Assembly (NCBI GenBank): GCA_964016885.1
Contig: CAXHJY010000573.1
Location: 10,837 to 74,836, forward strand
Direction of reading: 5' to 3'
Source: Eledone cirrhosa
Taxonomy: Eukaryota
Length of the DNA stretch: 64,000 nucleotides
Numbering within the stretch: the first letter of the stretch is position 1; each line of letters begins with the position of its first letter. The translations under genes were made by a program, and so were the position numbers. Positions 38,426 to 51,225 of the stretch are shown here, piece after piece. The notes under the pieces are model-generated. The model searched no databases and was not told the DNA's origin. It saw only the letters and a list, made by a program, of their open reading frames with translations.

Positions 38426-41400
38426 ATGGCCAATATAAGAGTTGGATGTGTGAACGTACGCGGCCTGGGGATGCCCTGGAAACAGGGCAAACTCTTAAAC
38501 GACCTCAGGTCGCACAGTTTGGATGTGGTAGCCATTTGCGAGTCCAGGATCCACGGCGAGCGACAGCTGGCCCCCATCTTCGATGACTTTGAGATCTACG
38601 CATCTCTCTGTCAACCGGGGGGTGGGGGCGGAGTTGCCGTTTTGCTGCGGAAACACCTGGGCCTCGTAACACAGACGGTACATCTGGACCCGGGGGGTCG
38701 ACTGGTGGTCCTAGACGTTGACGGTAGTGAAGGTGGAGCGTTCAGGCTGGTGGCCGCATATGCCCCATCCGGGACACCGCGGCCAGACTTCTTCAAACGT
38801 CTAGAGACTTTTCTGGGAACGTCCCGCTCCTTGCTTTTAGTGGGGGACTGGAATGGAATCCTAGATGCACGTTGGGACTATGTGGGAGCATGTCCCGATA
38901 AAGGGGGGTGTAACAGCCTCAAACAGTTAATCGACCGATTTGACCTGGCCGATAGATATCGACTAGATTTTCCGACTGCGCCACTGTGGACGTGGAGTAA
39001 TCGTAGCGGAACATCTAGATCGTACCTAGATAGGGTTCTAGTTAGAAATAAGGATAGGGACATGTTAAGCTGTCCACAAATGTTCATGGTTGCCTATTCA
39101 GATCACAAACTAGTGACCTGCATGGCCAACCTTGATAGAACCCATAGACAAGGACCCGGCTACTGGAAGCTGAACTTGTCGTTACCGACAAGCAAAGCCT
39201 ACAGTAGACGGATTAGCACTTTAGTTAAACAGCACTTGACAGGGGCCATTGTCAACAACAGATGGTGGTACTCTCTCAAGAGGGCAGTTAGATTAGACTC
39301 GATAGTTTTTAGTAAAGAATTAGCGTTAGATAGAAATAGAACCGAGAAGGAACTGGTAGATAAAGTAGAAGAGGCTATTAGAAGTGGCAACGTAGCCAGC
39401 GTGCTAGCAACGAGAACGGCCTTGGACCAGTTCTTCGACGCAAAGCACGAGGGCTGCGTTGTCAGAAGCAAAATACGTGCTCTGGGAAACGAGGGAGCCA
39501 AAGCTGTTAGCTGGGCCCGAGTGACGGAGGCAAAAAGTGGCAACAAGTCCACGATTCGGTCTTTGAAGGACCAAAACGGACGCGTGATACGTGAGCCGAA
39601 GCAGATGTGTGCGGCTTTTCAGCGGCACTTTGCTCGGCTGTTCGGGGGGAGCGGCGCGCCGGGAGAGGCTATGGATTTCGGTCCATACCTCGACGGCCTA
39701 CCGCGTCTCTCGGACAGCGAGGCGAAGTTCTGCGAAAAGCCGATTTCAGCCACTGAGATAGGGGACGCGCTGAGCCAATGCGGCAAACGCAAATCTCCAG
39801 GTCTCGACGGTCTACCCTACGAATTTTACGTAGCAATGCCGGACTTATTCTCCGGTCTCCTGGAAGCGGTCTACTGCAACTGGCAACAGAACGGGAGAAT
39901 TCCCAGTTCTGTAACCGGGGGCGTGGTCACACTAATCAGGAAGGACGAGAATAAGGGGGATGACATAGGCAACTTCCGGCCCATAACTCTGCTAAACACA
40001 GAGTTACAGATTTTGGCCAAGGTGTTGGCAAAGAGGCTGGCGCTTGTCGTCGAGAACCTGGTGGGAGAAGCGCAGACATGCGCGATCCCGACCAGGTCCA
40101 TACACGACAACCTCCACCTCATGCGATACATCATAGAGAGGGTAGGGTGTAAACCCGGCTTCGGTGGGGCCCTGATCAACTTGGATCAGTCTAAGGCTTT
40201 CGATAGGGTTGACCATCGTTACCTGGATGCGGTGCTCGAGGCGGCAGGCTTCGGACCCGTGTTCAGGGGCTGGATTGCTGCAATGCACAACAGCAACATC
40301 TGCTCAAGGGTCAAGGTGAACGGTTACCTCTCGGAGCCGTTCCATATTACGCGATCCATTCGACAGGGATGCCCTCTCTCCTCCCTTCTGTACGTACTGA
40401 CTCTCGAGCCACTACTGCGGAAGCTGGAGCTATTGCAGGGCATCCCTCTGGAACCGGGACTGCGGAAAGCGGCGTCGGCCTACGCCGACGACGTGACAGT
40501 AATGGTGTCGAGCGCCTCGCAAATCGAGGAAGTCGGCACCTTACTAAAGGAATACGAAAGTCTCACAGGAGCGAAGCTGAACCGGGACAAGTCCATCGGT
40601 TTGCAACTCGGATCGTGGAGAGGCAGACCGATGCCTTCCGATGGCGTCGTCGGACGCTGGACGGAAGGACCGGTAAAGCTGCTCGGGGTCTGGTTTGGTC
40701 CGGACCTCCAGGTGGAGAAGAACTGGAACGAAGTGACGGCCAAGATGTTTGCACTCACCCAGAAGTGGGCCGAGTGCAAACTATCCTTGAAAGGTCGAGC
40801 GGAGGTGGCGAACACTTTTATAGCGTCCGCCATCTACTACCGCTTGACCGTCGTGCCTTGTCCAGCCAAAACGCTCGCCAAAATGGAGCGCGCCCTCTTC
40901 CGATTCCTTTGGAAGAGGCGGGCTCCTTTGGTAAGAAGATCCATCTGCTGCCAACACCCTTCTAACGGAGGGCTGGGGATGCCGTGGTTGACGATGCGCA
41001 AACACGCGCTCAGGCTGCGGCATCTCTACGTATTCCTCACCGGACAACCGGTGTGGGCCCCGTTCGTGAGGCGAGCCTTCCCACGACTCGTCTCGCTGAC
41101 CGAGCTGCAGTCCTGGGTCAAGCAGAGACCGAGGAAAATGGGCGACTGGCACATCGAATGTGCTCAGGCGCTCACAGCCCTCTGGCAGGCGGACCCGGCG
41201 ATCAGTGGAGACTCCACTTCGTCATTCTATAGAGGGTTGGTCCGCAGCAAGTGCGACGACGCGCTCGGTGAAACTCTAGGCGTGGAGGAAGATGAACTGG
41301 CCAGTCTGTTCGGTAGGACCTTCCGCCCGGGACCGATGGACAACTTCCAAAAGTCCCTGGCCTGGCAGTGCTACCGAGGAGCTCTACCAGTTCGAGACAA

Positions 41401-41863
41401 GCTCTACAGACATGGGCGCCCGGGCAGGGACCCTGCAAAAAAGATCTGTCCGAGGTGCGTGCGAGACGAAGAAACCGTCGCGCACGCATTCATACACTGC
41501 CCGGGCGTCACTGACCTGTGGGGCTATGTAGAACGACTATTGTCGCGGGTGGGACCAATCCAGTTGACCACCGAGTCCATTGTCATGATCAAACCGCCAC
41601 CCTCCTTCAAAAACGAAGGAGAGGCGGTTTTCCTTTGTGTGATAGCTATGGCGAAAGAGGTTGTATGGTGGACAAGGTTGAAAGGGCTGAGGTCAGACAC
41701 CTTTCTCTCCGGCCAACAACTGATTCTTTTTTTCAAATACCACTTTGGAAGAAGAATCAGGATGGAGAGAGAGGTGCTGTACCCCAGCAAGTTTTATGAA
41801 AGGTGGGTGAAAGTGGCGAGAATGGCCCGAGTGAATGGGCCTTCTCTCTATATCAGCCTGTAG
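38426..41863 (+). CDS. LINE ORF2p (1145 aa): APE endonuclease, reverse transcriptase, C-terminal CCHC
   Basis: NVRGL, GDWN, YLDR, SDH; KSPGLDG, FRPITLLN, DQSKAFD, RQGCPLS, YADD, GGLG; CPRC..EETVAHAFIHC. Confidence 0.97.
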   Translation: MANIRVGCVNVRGLGMPWKQGKLLNDLRSHSLDVVAICESRIHGERQLAPIFDDFEIYASLCQPGGGGGVAVLLRKHLGLVTQTVHLDPGGRLVVLDVDGSEGGAFRLVAAYAPSGTPRPDFFKRLETFLGTSRSLLLVGDWNGILDARWDYVGACPDKGGCNSLKQLIDRFDLADRYRLDFPTAPLWTWSNRSGTSRSYLDRVLVRNKDRDMLSCPQMFMVAYSDHKLVTCMANLDRTHRQGPGYWKLNLSLPTSKAYSRRISTLVKQHLTGAIVNNRWWYSLKRAVRLDSIVFSKELALDRNRTEKELVDKVEEAIRSGNVASVLATRTALDQFFDAKHEGCVVRSKIRALGNEGAKAVSWARVTEAKSGNKSTIRSLKDQNGRVIREPKQMCAAFQRHFARLFGGSGAPGEAMDFGPYLDGLPRLSDSEAKFCEKPISATEIGDALSQCGKRKSPGLDGLPYEFYVAMPDLFSGLLEAVYCNWQQNGRIPSSVTGGVVTLIRKDENKGDDIGNFRPITLLNTELQILAKVLAKRLALVVENLVGEAQTCAIPTRSIHDNLHLMRYIIERVGCKPGFGGALINLDQSKAFDRVDHRYLDAVLEAAGFGPVFRGWIAAMHNSNICSRVKVNGYLSEPFHITRSIRQGCPLSSLLYVLTLEPLLRKLELLQGIPLEPGLRKAASAYADDVTVMVSSASQIEEVGTLLKEYESLTGAKLNRDKSIGLQLGSWRGRPMPSDGVVGRWTEGPVKLLGVWFGPDLQVEKNWNEVTAKMFALTQKWAECKLSLKGRAEVANTFIASAIYYRLTVVPCPAKTLAKMERALFRFLWKRRAPLVRRSICCQHPSNGGLGMPWLTMRKHALRLRHLYVFLTGQPVWAPFVRRAFPRLVSLTELQSWVKQRPRKMGDWHIECAQALTALWQADPAISGDSTSSFYRGLVRSKCDDALGETLGVEEDELASLFGRTFRPGPMDNFQKSLAWQCYRGALPVRDKLYRHGRPGRDPAKKICPRCVRDEETVAHAFIHCPGVTDLWGYVERLLSRVGPIQLTTESIVMIKPPPSFKNEGEAVFLCVIAMAKEVVWWTRLKGLRSDTFLSGQQLILFFKYHFGRRIRMEREVLYPSKFYERWVKVARMARVNGPSLYISL

Positions 41864-42339
41864 GTTGAGGAAAAGGAGGAGGAGAGGAAAGGAGTACAAG
41901 CTCTTCGTACTCCTGGAGATGAGGGTTGCACATTTTTTTCGGGGGTCTGTGTTACCCATATAAACTGTCTCCCTCTATTGGGGAAAATCGACTAACTTTT
42001 AAATTCCATCTGTGATAACATTTTACACGTTTTTATTGTATGTAAACTTCCCCCTTTGTATTTGTCCCCTTCTTTTGTGCCCCTGTGGCTAATAAAGAAA
42101 TATATCTATCTATCTATCTATCTGTGGCTAATAAAGAAATCTATCTATCTACCTATCTATTTATATTGGGGTAGACACAAGTGTAAAATTACTTGGTAAG
42201 TTCTGCTGAAATTTCTATAAATATTCTTGACTGTGAGCCTTCATTTTAATACGCATTTGTAGAGGGACTGTTAGTCTCTCAAAATATCGTACGGCTTCAA
42301 GCGAAATCGTTCAAGAAAAATGTTTGCAGAAACTAACTT

Positions 42340-44904
42340 AAAAAACAAAATGGCTGACGCAATAACAGCTTCATCATCAACATTTAAAGGAGGAAAATGG
42401 AAGATATGATTACAGCTTTTCTTCACCCGCTGACCGACAACTTGACGTTGCCATGGCAGCAAGCCAAAACCAATCTGCGTAACAATCCACAAAAACAACA
42501 CAACGATGCTATGAACGAAAACAACAACAACAATACAACAATAGAAATCAGCAACAACACAGTCAACGTGACCACCACCATCACCAATAACATAAGCACC
42601 AATGACTAAAATAATAAAAATATACAAACAAAATAATGTGTAGACACAGTGGCCTAGCCAATTGAATACATAGACAATGGCAGAGCGCAATATTTAAAAG
42701 ACGCGGCACTACAACATCACCATGGAAGGCCATATATTCCGGATGAGCACCCCACCGGAAATTAGGGTGGTGACCCTAAGAAAAACAATTTTCTACCGGA
42801 CTATCTGCGCACAAACCACGAAATCCATGGCTCTAAGCAATAGCACTGTGGAAACCGAACTAAAAGAGGCAATGTCAAGCATTGCTCACCTCCAAAGGGT
42901 CAAGAAGTACGGGAGTATCACGGTGCTCTTTAAAATCAGCGAAGCCCTCGCCCAGAAATATTAGGTGGCTCCAATTAGAACGAGCCAACACATCTTCTTC
43001 CCAAGATACATGGGAAGAAGAACACATAAAATAGGGATCTCCCAGTGGGGTGGGGTGGGTTGGGTTTTCGGTTGCTCTTTTTCTTCGAAAAAACCTGGAT
43101 CTCAAAGTACAGACAATTTACTTGAACTCAGAGGGCAGCATGGTGATCCTAGACGTGAATGGTAGTGAAGGTGGAGCTTTCAGACTGGTGGGCGTATATG
43201 CACCGGCTAGGACATTCCGAACAGAGTTCTTCAAGCGTCTGGAGCCATTCCTGGGAACGTCTCGCTCTCTAGTGTTAGCGGGGGACTGGAATGGAATCTT
43301 AGACGCACGTTGGGAATATGTAGGGGCTTGTGATAATAGAGAGGGGTGTAATATCCTCAAACATCTCATCAACCAATTCCAACTGCCTGATAGATATTGA
43401 CTAGCTATTGACTAGATATTGACAAACCATGCCTTCCGACAGCGTCTGTGGAGACTGGACGGAAGGACCGGTGAAATTGCTCGGAGTCTGGTTTGGACCA
43501 GACCTCTAGGGGGACAAGAACTGGAACGAGGTCACGGCGAATGTATTTGCACTCACCCTGAAGTGGCCTGAGTGCAAACTATCCTTGAATGTTCGAATGG
43601 AGGTGGCGAACACTTACATAGTGTCCATCATCAACTACCACGTGACATTAGTGCCTTGTCCCCACAAACACCTCACCAAAATGGAACGTCTACTCTTCAT
43701 GTTCCGCTGGAAGAAACAGGCTCCATTTGTGAGGAGATCCATCTGCTGCCAATACCCTTCTAACGGAGGTCTGGGCATGCCGTGGCTGATGATGCGCAAA
43801 CACGCTTTGAGACTACACCATCTCAGGTATTTGTGACCGGCGAACTGGTATGGTTTTCCTATGTGAGACGAGCTCTTCCACAACTCGTCTCGCTAACATA
43901 GCTGCAGTGCTGGGTCAAGCGAAGACCGAGAGTGGGCAGCTGGCAACACGAGTGCCTTCAGGCGGTCACAGCCCTCTACCAAGTGGAAACGGCAATCAGC
44001 GGCGACTCCACTTCGACATTCTATAGGGGATTAGTAGAAGATAAGTACGACGACGTTTTCGGGGAAATTCTAGGCATCGAAGTGGACGGTCTAATCAGTT
44101 TCTACGGGAGGACTTTCGATCAGGGTCTATGGATAACTTCCAGAGGTCTTTGGCCTGGCAGTGCTACCGAGGAGCTCTACCAGTTCGAGACAAATATCTA
44201 CAGGCACGGACACCCTGGCAGAGATCCTCCCAAAAGGACTGGTCCAAGATACGTGCAGCACATTGAAACTGTCCAACACGCAAGTGTTTAGTGCCCAGGG
44301 GTGATTGACCTGTGGAATTATGTCGAACAACTACTGTCATGTGTGGGACGCATCCAGTTGTCAGCCGAGTCAATCGTGAGGATCACGCCGCCGCCTTCAT
44401 TTAAGAATGAAGGAGAGGCGGTTTTCCTCTGTCTGATGTCAATGGGGAAAGAGGTAATATGGTGGACGAGGTTAAAAGGACTGAAGGCAAGCACCTTTCT
44501 CTCCAAACAACAACTCATCCCCCTTTTTAAGTACTAATACAGAAGGAAGGCGAGAAGGGAGAGAGAGGTGCTATACCCCAGTAAATTCGCTGAAAGGAGG
44601 TTAAATGTGGCGAAAATGACCCGAGTGAATGGGCCTTCTCTGTATATAATAAACCTCTAGTTTGAGGAAGACAGAGAGGGGAAGGGAACTCCTTCAAAAC
44701 GTGCTCTTGGTGTTGAGGGTTGTTCTCTCCACGGGGTGTAAAACCCGCAGTAACGTTCTTCCTTAATCGAGATTTCGATTGTTTCATTTTTATTTTATAC
44801 ATAATTTACTCTCCTCCATTATTGTAAAATATTTCATGTAAAGCACCCGCAGTCACGTCTTGTAATCTCCTATTTCTGTACGCCCTTGTGGCAAATAAAG
44901 AAAT
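42340..44904 (+). mobile_element. Decayed, internally deleted relative of the Tx1-like element
   Basis: ORF1 remnant FPRYMGRRT, APE remnant 43050-43400, then a jump to WTEGPVKLLGVWFG (RT core absent) and the C-terminus; ends GTGGCAAATAAAGAAAT-ATATCTATCTACCTAT. Confidence 0.9.
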
Positions 44905-45045
44905 ATATCTATCTACCTATACTCTCAGGGAATGATCAAATAGTTTTTTCTTTCAAAATAAACCCTCGAGAGCAAGAATGTTGTTATTAATAAGAAAAGT
45001 TGAAATTGAGGCAAGCAAGATTTCATGGGCTCTAGCACCATTCCT

Positions 45046-45387
<342 letters not shown>

Positions 45388-45734
45388 ATATATATATATA
45401 TATATATATACACTCACCGCTTAATAACCAAATATTCGGCTTCAAACATTATTTAAATAAGAATACATAATATGCGGTGTATGAATGACTCTACACTGTA
45501 AGCGACGATCGGTTGATAGCAATTTTTATGACGAAAGTATTCTTAAGGTTCATATATAATACAAATTTGTACAAATTCTTTGAGCAATTACACAGAATAC
45601 AAAAAAAAAAAAAGTTTTGATCTAAATTTCTAAATTGTAAATATATCAAAATTTATTAGAATTTCTTATTTTGCCTAAACTGATGTAACATTTCTTTTAA
45701 ATCGTTTAATTTGATAGTGTTATATTTATTCCTA

Positions 45735-45917
45735 GCGGTGGGTTGGCAGTATCGGTAGAGGGTCGGACGCCATGCTTTGCAGCATAGTTACGTCCCTTTA
45801 CGATCTGAGTTCAAATCCCGCCGAGGTTGACTTTGCCTTTCATCCTTACGGGGTCGATAAAATAAAGTACCAGTAATGCACTGGGTAATTGCTGGCCTTG
45901 TGCCTAAAGTAGAAACA
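45735..45917 (+). mobile_element. tRNA-derived SINE with target-site duplication
   Basis: A and B boxes; TTATATTTATTCCTA duplicated on both sides. Confidence 0.95.
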
Positions 45918-46796
45918 GTTATATTTATTCCTAATCAAACGTGTAATAAAACTCACTGCAACTTTCGTCTTTTTTTTTTTTTTCATTTATGGTTGGTACA
46001 TTTTACTCATTATGTTACGTTCTGATTACATGTTTTGAGTTAAAAGTACATAACATATGTATACCATTACAATATTATATCACTTCTACAAAACCGGTAG
46101 AGATTTCAGACATGGATTACAAACTTTATAGATTTGGCTAATAATATTCGTTCCTTTATTGAATTTCACTATATTATTGTTAACATCAAACATTTGTAAA
46201 ATGTTGCGTAATATTTATTTAGAGTTCTGTATGTGATGTAAACTACTTTAAAATATATATTGGAATTGTATAATGCAATGTTTTAAAATGGGCAATTGGG
46301 TAAGGATTTCAGACCTCTGTGTTTTTAAATTAATCATTGATGTGTATACTTATATATATATATAAATACATATATATATATATATATACAAATATAAATT
46401 AGCGAGAATCGTATTTCGGCTTAAGGATTAACGAAAAACATCTTCCGAGATGTGTGTCAAGCGCTCAATGATTCAGATGAACCAGAGCTACAACATACGT
46501 TAAAGGCCAAACACACTGAGACGATGGTTATACAATCATCCGCACAGCCATAGAAACGACCAAGCAATTCGGGTCAAACAAATAAAAATATATGTGATTG
46601 AAAATTTACCCGGACGCCTGGATGGTTGGGAACATCCAGCATTTGGGTTTCTACGACTCCTAAATCAAGTACTGTCCGCTTACACAAATAATGTTAGGCT
46701 TCTGGTAAGATAATTGAACAAGGAGGCCACTTTTTCAACAGGTTTTAGTTCGAGTGCTAATTTAAGGAATGACCGTTACCGACCCCACGTGGGGCT

Positions 46797-46838
<42 letters not shown>

Positions 46839-47198
46839 GATAGCAGAAAGGTTAAACGAATATCATCAAAATTAATGCTTTTACAAGTATGTATGTTCCT
46901 TTGCAGAACGAAAATAGTTTGATTTGTTTTGCTTCATAAATATCATTTTAATTATGACTGAAATAAAATTATTCCTGCGTTTAAGGCTACATTAAAAAGA
47001 AAATCTAACAATGTACGAAAGATAAAATATTATTAGTTGTTAATCAGGAATTCAAATCATTAATAACATTTCAGCACCTTCTATCTCTATCACATATGTA
47101 TGCTTGTCTTCTTGCAATTCCGAGGTAATAACATATATATATTTTCATAATTTGTACATTGAAATAAACTGGTATATTCCCCATACGTTAATTATATA

Positions 47199-47287
47199 TA
47201 ACTTTGCCTTTCATACTTACGGAGTCGATAAAATAAACTGCCAGTCATACACTGGGTAATTGCTGGCCTTGTTCCAAAAGTAGGAAC
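47199..47287 (+). mobile_element. SINE 3' half
   Basis: Matches the family body; flanked by TTAATTATATATAAC on both sides. Confidence 0.85.
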
Positions 47288-48329
47288 GATTAATTATATA
47301 TAACATTTGCTTCTAAATTCATATTATGATTTGCGCATGTTATCTTAAATATTCTCATGAGTTCAGTTTCTAATTTGTCACCAATAAGAGTGGGTGTAAG
47401 AATTTAAAAAACGACTGAAGGAGTTGCGCAATATCCTTTGTTACCTCTTACAAGATTGAATGCGAAACGATTCCCTCTTTAATTGTAATTGTTCACGTTT
47501 ATAAGTTAAGTAGCACGGGGAAGGAATATACAAGATATATACAAACATGGATAACGGGAATATCTATATGTATTATAACCAAATATGTTTACGCCAAAAA
47601 GGAACAACTCATTTCCTATCACTTCAAATTGTTTATATATTTCCTTTTCGCTATTATCTACCCTAATTAACAGATTCAGAGGTCATGCTATTCAGAATTA
47701 TTTTCCGAGACTTTACCTTGACTTGAAGTTTCAACAATCATGGCAGTATTGCTATTCAATTCCGTTTTTTTTAAGTGTAGGAGCTAATCCGCTTAGACAT
47801 TTCCGGCCAAGGATGCAATAAGTTTGTTTCGTAAATTTACACATTCACTTGCAGAAATGCTTGTAACATTGTCCATTTATTTTACTTCATTCCTTAAAGC
47901 ATTTTCCATTTCAATAGTTTGTCTATTTGCTTATTGTGTTTTTATATTTTCATTATCATCGATATTTATATGAAGTGTTTCGTACTTCATATCATTATTG
48001 CGACCATCGCAATTTCAGATCTTTTCATCACTCTGGCAACTGCTCGCTACTAATGTTTCTATGAGTTGATCAATGAATCTTCGAACAGTTGTTCCTCTAT
48101 TGCACCTCATGTGTATTTGGTATAGTTGTTTAAACATCCTTTATTTAGAAATATATGGTATATATTTCAATGACATTCAAGGTAACGTGATGATTAGAAC
48201 ACGCAACCTAAGGCGACATCATCAGGAAGCAGCTTATGCTATAATTTTTACGTTTCCGAGGAATTCCAATCTAAAGACAAGGGAATGGGCGTATATGATG
48301 TTCTCAATGTCCCTGTCAGTTTCCCTCTG

Positions 48330-48434
48330 ATATATTTATATATATATATATATACTCCCTCTGATATATATATATATATATACAGCATTAGCCGTCGAAA
48401 CGGCTTGAGCTCAGCCGTCGGGGTCTTACTTACT

Positions 48435-48481
<47 letters not shown>

Positions 48482-48638
48482 CCTCTGGTATATATATATA
48501 TATATATATATATATTCCCTCTGGTATATATATATATATATATATTCCCTCTGGTATATATATATATATATATATTCCCTCTGGTATATATATATATATA
48601 TATATTCCCTCTGGTATATATATATATATATATATTCC

Positions 48639-48669
<31 letters not shown>

Positions 48670-48672
48670 TCC

Positions 48673-48729
<57 letters not shown>

Positions 48730-48778
48730 CCTCTGGTATATATATATATATATTCCCTCTGATATATATATATATTCC

Positions 48779-48811
<33 letters not shown>
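48330..48811. repeat. Minisatellite TTCCCTCTG(G/A)(TA)n containing a hammerhead 3'-half insert at 48382-48437
   Basis: Direct reading; the insert matches 54190-54245. Confidence 0.9.
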
Positions 48812-48815
<4 letters not shown>

Positions 48816-49399
48816 GGTCCTATGTTTGTGTTAGGGATAAATATATTCAACAGGTCATCTTATTTGCATTCCTTACATTTCGCATTCGCCTATATGTATT
48901 AGAAAGATTGTAGGCGATTCACCATTTTTGCGAATTTTAAACATTAAATACGTACACAGATTTGCATTTTAGCCAATTAGTGAAAGTTAAATAAACACCA
49001 ATTGACATGTAAGATTGTAGAAGCTGCAAAATAAGGAAAATCAACAGTGTAAATTGTGAATATAAAGTTAAAATAAAATGAACGTTTCAACGAAAAACGC
49101 AATATGTGAAAGGGAAAAAATAATATAATAATGGCGTCGATCAGTCGTCATTACTGCATACTGTTCTTGTCGTATAATCTCACACGGTAGCGATGATATA
49201 AATGCCTAATGTTAAGCTCAAGTAGATTCATAAGCATATTTGCGAAACACATTTTCCAAAACGTAATTCAATAATGAAAACCATTCTAAATGCTTTTATG
49301 TAAATACTGTCTCTCTGCTAAAGTTAACAATCTGAAATTGGCATGTACAAATATATTTATAACAGCAACACCATCAGCAACAACATCACCTGCAAAACC

Positions 49400-50540
49400 A
49401 AAACAACAACAAGATGTCCATGAAGGAGGGAAGCAACTGGTAACAAACATAAGGGCAAATCACCTTTGGTGAAAACACCAGAATGAACAGGATAATTCAA
49501 GGAACAATATGATGGTGGGTTATAAGGAATAAAGAGAGAGCAAATACCACGCAATATACAATATATATATACCAAAAACATTAGCTATAATAATAGATGT
49601 TTTAGAGGCATTGCAGCATCAGGATTACAAATTAAAGTAAACTGTAGATAGATTTTAAATCGTCAAATTACGTACTTCTAAATCTCTCCATAAACCACAG
49701 TTATAAACTGGTCAATATATTTGGAAAGGTTAGGCTGCTACTACATTTTGTGACGCATCATTGAAGAGAGCTAAATTAACACCAGATGAAGGATCAATAT
49801 ATGTACAGATTAGAATATAATTCTTTGTAAATTCTCTCCACACTTCCCTTTTTTTAAATAAAAGCCGTAAACGCATTGTTGATTACTTTAAACATAACTA
49901 TGAAATCGTATTGTCCAGGAAGAAAAGGGCAGGATTGTAACGACATCTTTTTATTGAAAAGCTATTGTTTTATGTCAAAGAAGATAATCACAATATCAAT
50001 ATATGTGTGCACCTTTATCAAATAATTGATATTGTGTGTCCGAAATGTGTTAACAACATGTTCCTGAAGGTGTCGTCTCTGACAGCTACATAACCAAGAG
50101 ACTCATGGATGCCACTAAAGGATATGAAGTTAGAGCTGAAAATATTTAATAGTATACATAAAAACATTAGCAACAATATTATCACCTAAAATGACCACAC
50201 CTATAGAAAAACAACCTGTTTTCAAAGAGGCCTAAAGGATGCTGCAATGGCTATAATGATCAGTTGATAAAATATAAATCAATAATTCCAAACTGCAAAA
50301 GAAACAAAAAGGGAAAAACCTCAGCCTGGCATGTGTTGTCCAACAGAAACTTTGATAGTGTCCTCAATACATGGATAATGAACAACCTAGACTTGAATAA
50401 AGCAACGCCAACAATAAAAAAAAACATTTGTCAATTATGTAATGAGTAAGTGGTAAACAGTTTTGCAGATACAAATGATTATGGAAATACAAAATCATAC
50501 CCATTCCAATCAAAGGAGAGTTATCTCAAGCACACTCTAC
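49400..50540 (+). pseudogene. Possible very old, rearranged Penelope-like remnant
   Basis: Scattered motifs PVFKEA*KDA, W...NICQLCNE* and NQRRVISS resemble the Penelope-like ORF C-terminus; weak. Confidence 0.35.
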
Positions 50541-51225
50541 TTTTCTACGTAGCCCTGACACGAAACAGAATTACACTGGGAAATAAAGACTACAATGACG
50601 TTAACAATCTTCTTTAGATTGGATGATGTAAAGGGGTATGCTACAGACAAGAGACAACTCGATACACTGATGCAGATTGTACATTGATTCACAAAAGAAA
50701 TAGGCATGAAATGTGGACTAGAAAACTGAGCCAAAGCAAACCTGAACATATGAAATCAAGTACAATCACTAATATTGTACTCGATAAAAACTGAGATAAG
50801 ACAATTACATCAAACATGATTTTTCTTCTTACTTAAAGGCCTAGTTATAGAAACAACCTAACTGTGGATGAAGAAACACCGAAAAAATATGAAACAGAAT
50901 TTAAGTTGTTTTCGTTAACGCGCATTAATAATCTCGCCTCCGCAAATACAATGCTGTAAAACTCGTTCATTTTTATCGAACTGACCATGTCTGCAATAAG
51001 AACCAATGTACTATTTTTCATAATCATGGCCAAAACAAATTTTCCGAATATTGGAATCGTATTTTTATTACATCAAACAGTTGTATTGAGTTATGAGAAT
51101 CTTCATATCCATTCATGAGAATCTCCATATCCATTCCTGACACTACATTAACTACGAATTTGATTATGTCTTACAAATTCATCATACTTTTCAATAACAC
51201 TCTATTTCCTGTTATTACTAAGACG

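Larger units (their letters stand above)
36258..42101 (+). mobile_element. Full-length L1-clade (Tx1-like) non-LTR retrotransposon
   Basis: ~220-bp 5' UTR, two open ORFs, 3' UTR ending AATAAAGAAAT; (TATC)n on both sides. Confidence 0.93.

Noticed and set aside
38495-41959. Antisense and alternative-frame ORFs within ORF2
   Set aside because: Expected shadows of a GC-rich coding region; no motifs
48460-48811. Regularly spaced short repeats resembling a CRISPR array
   Set aside because: The repeats are ~10 bp and the spacers are pure (TA)n; eukaryotic minisatellite
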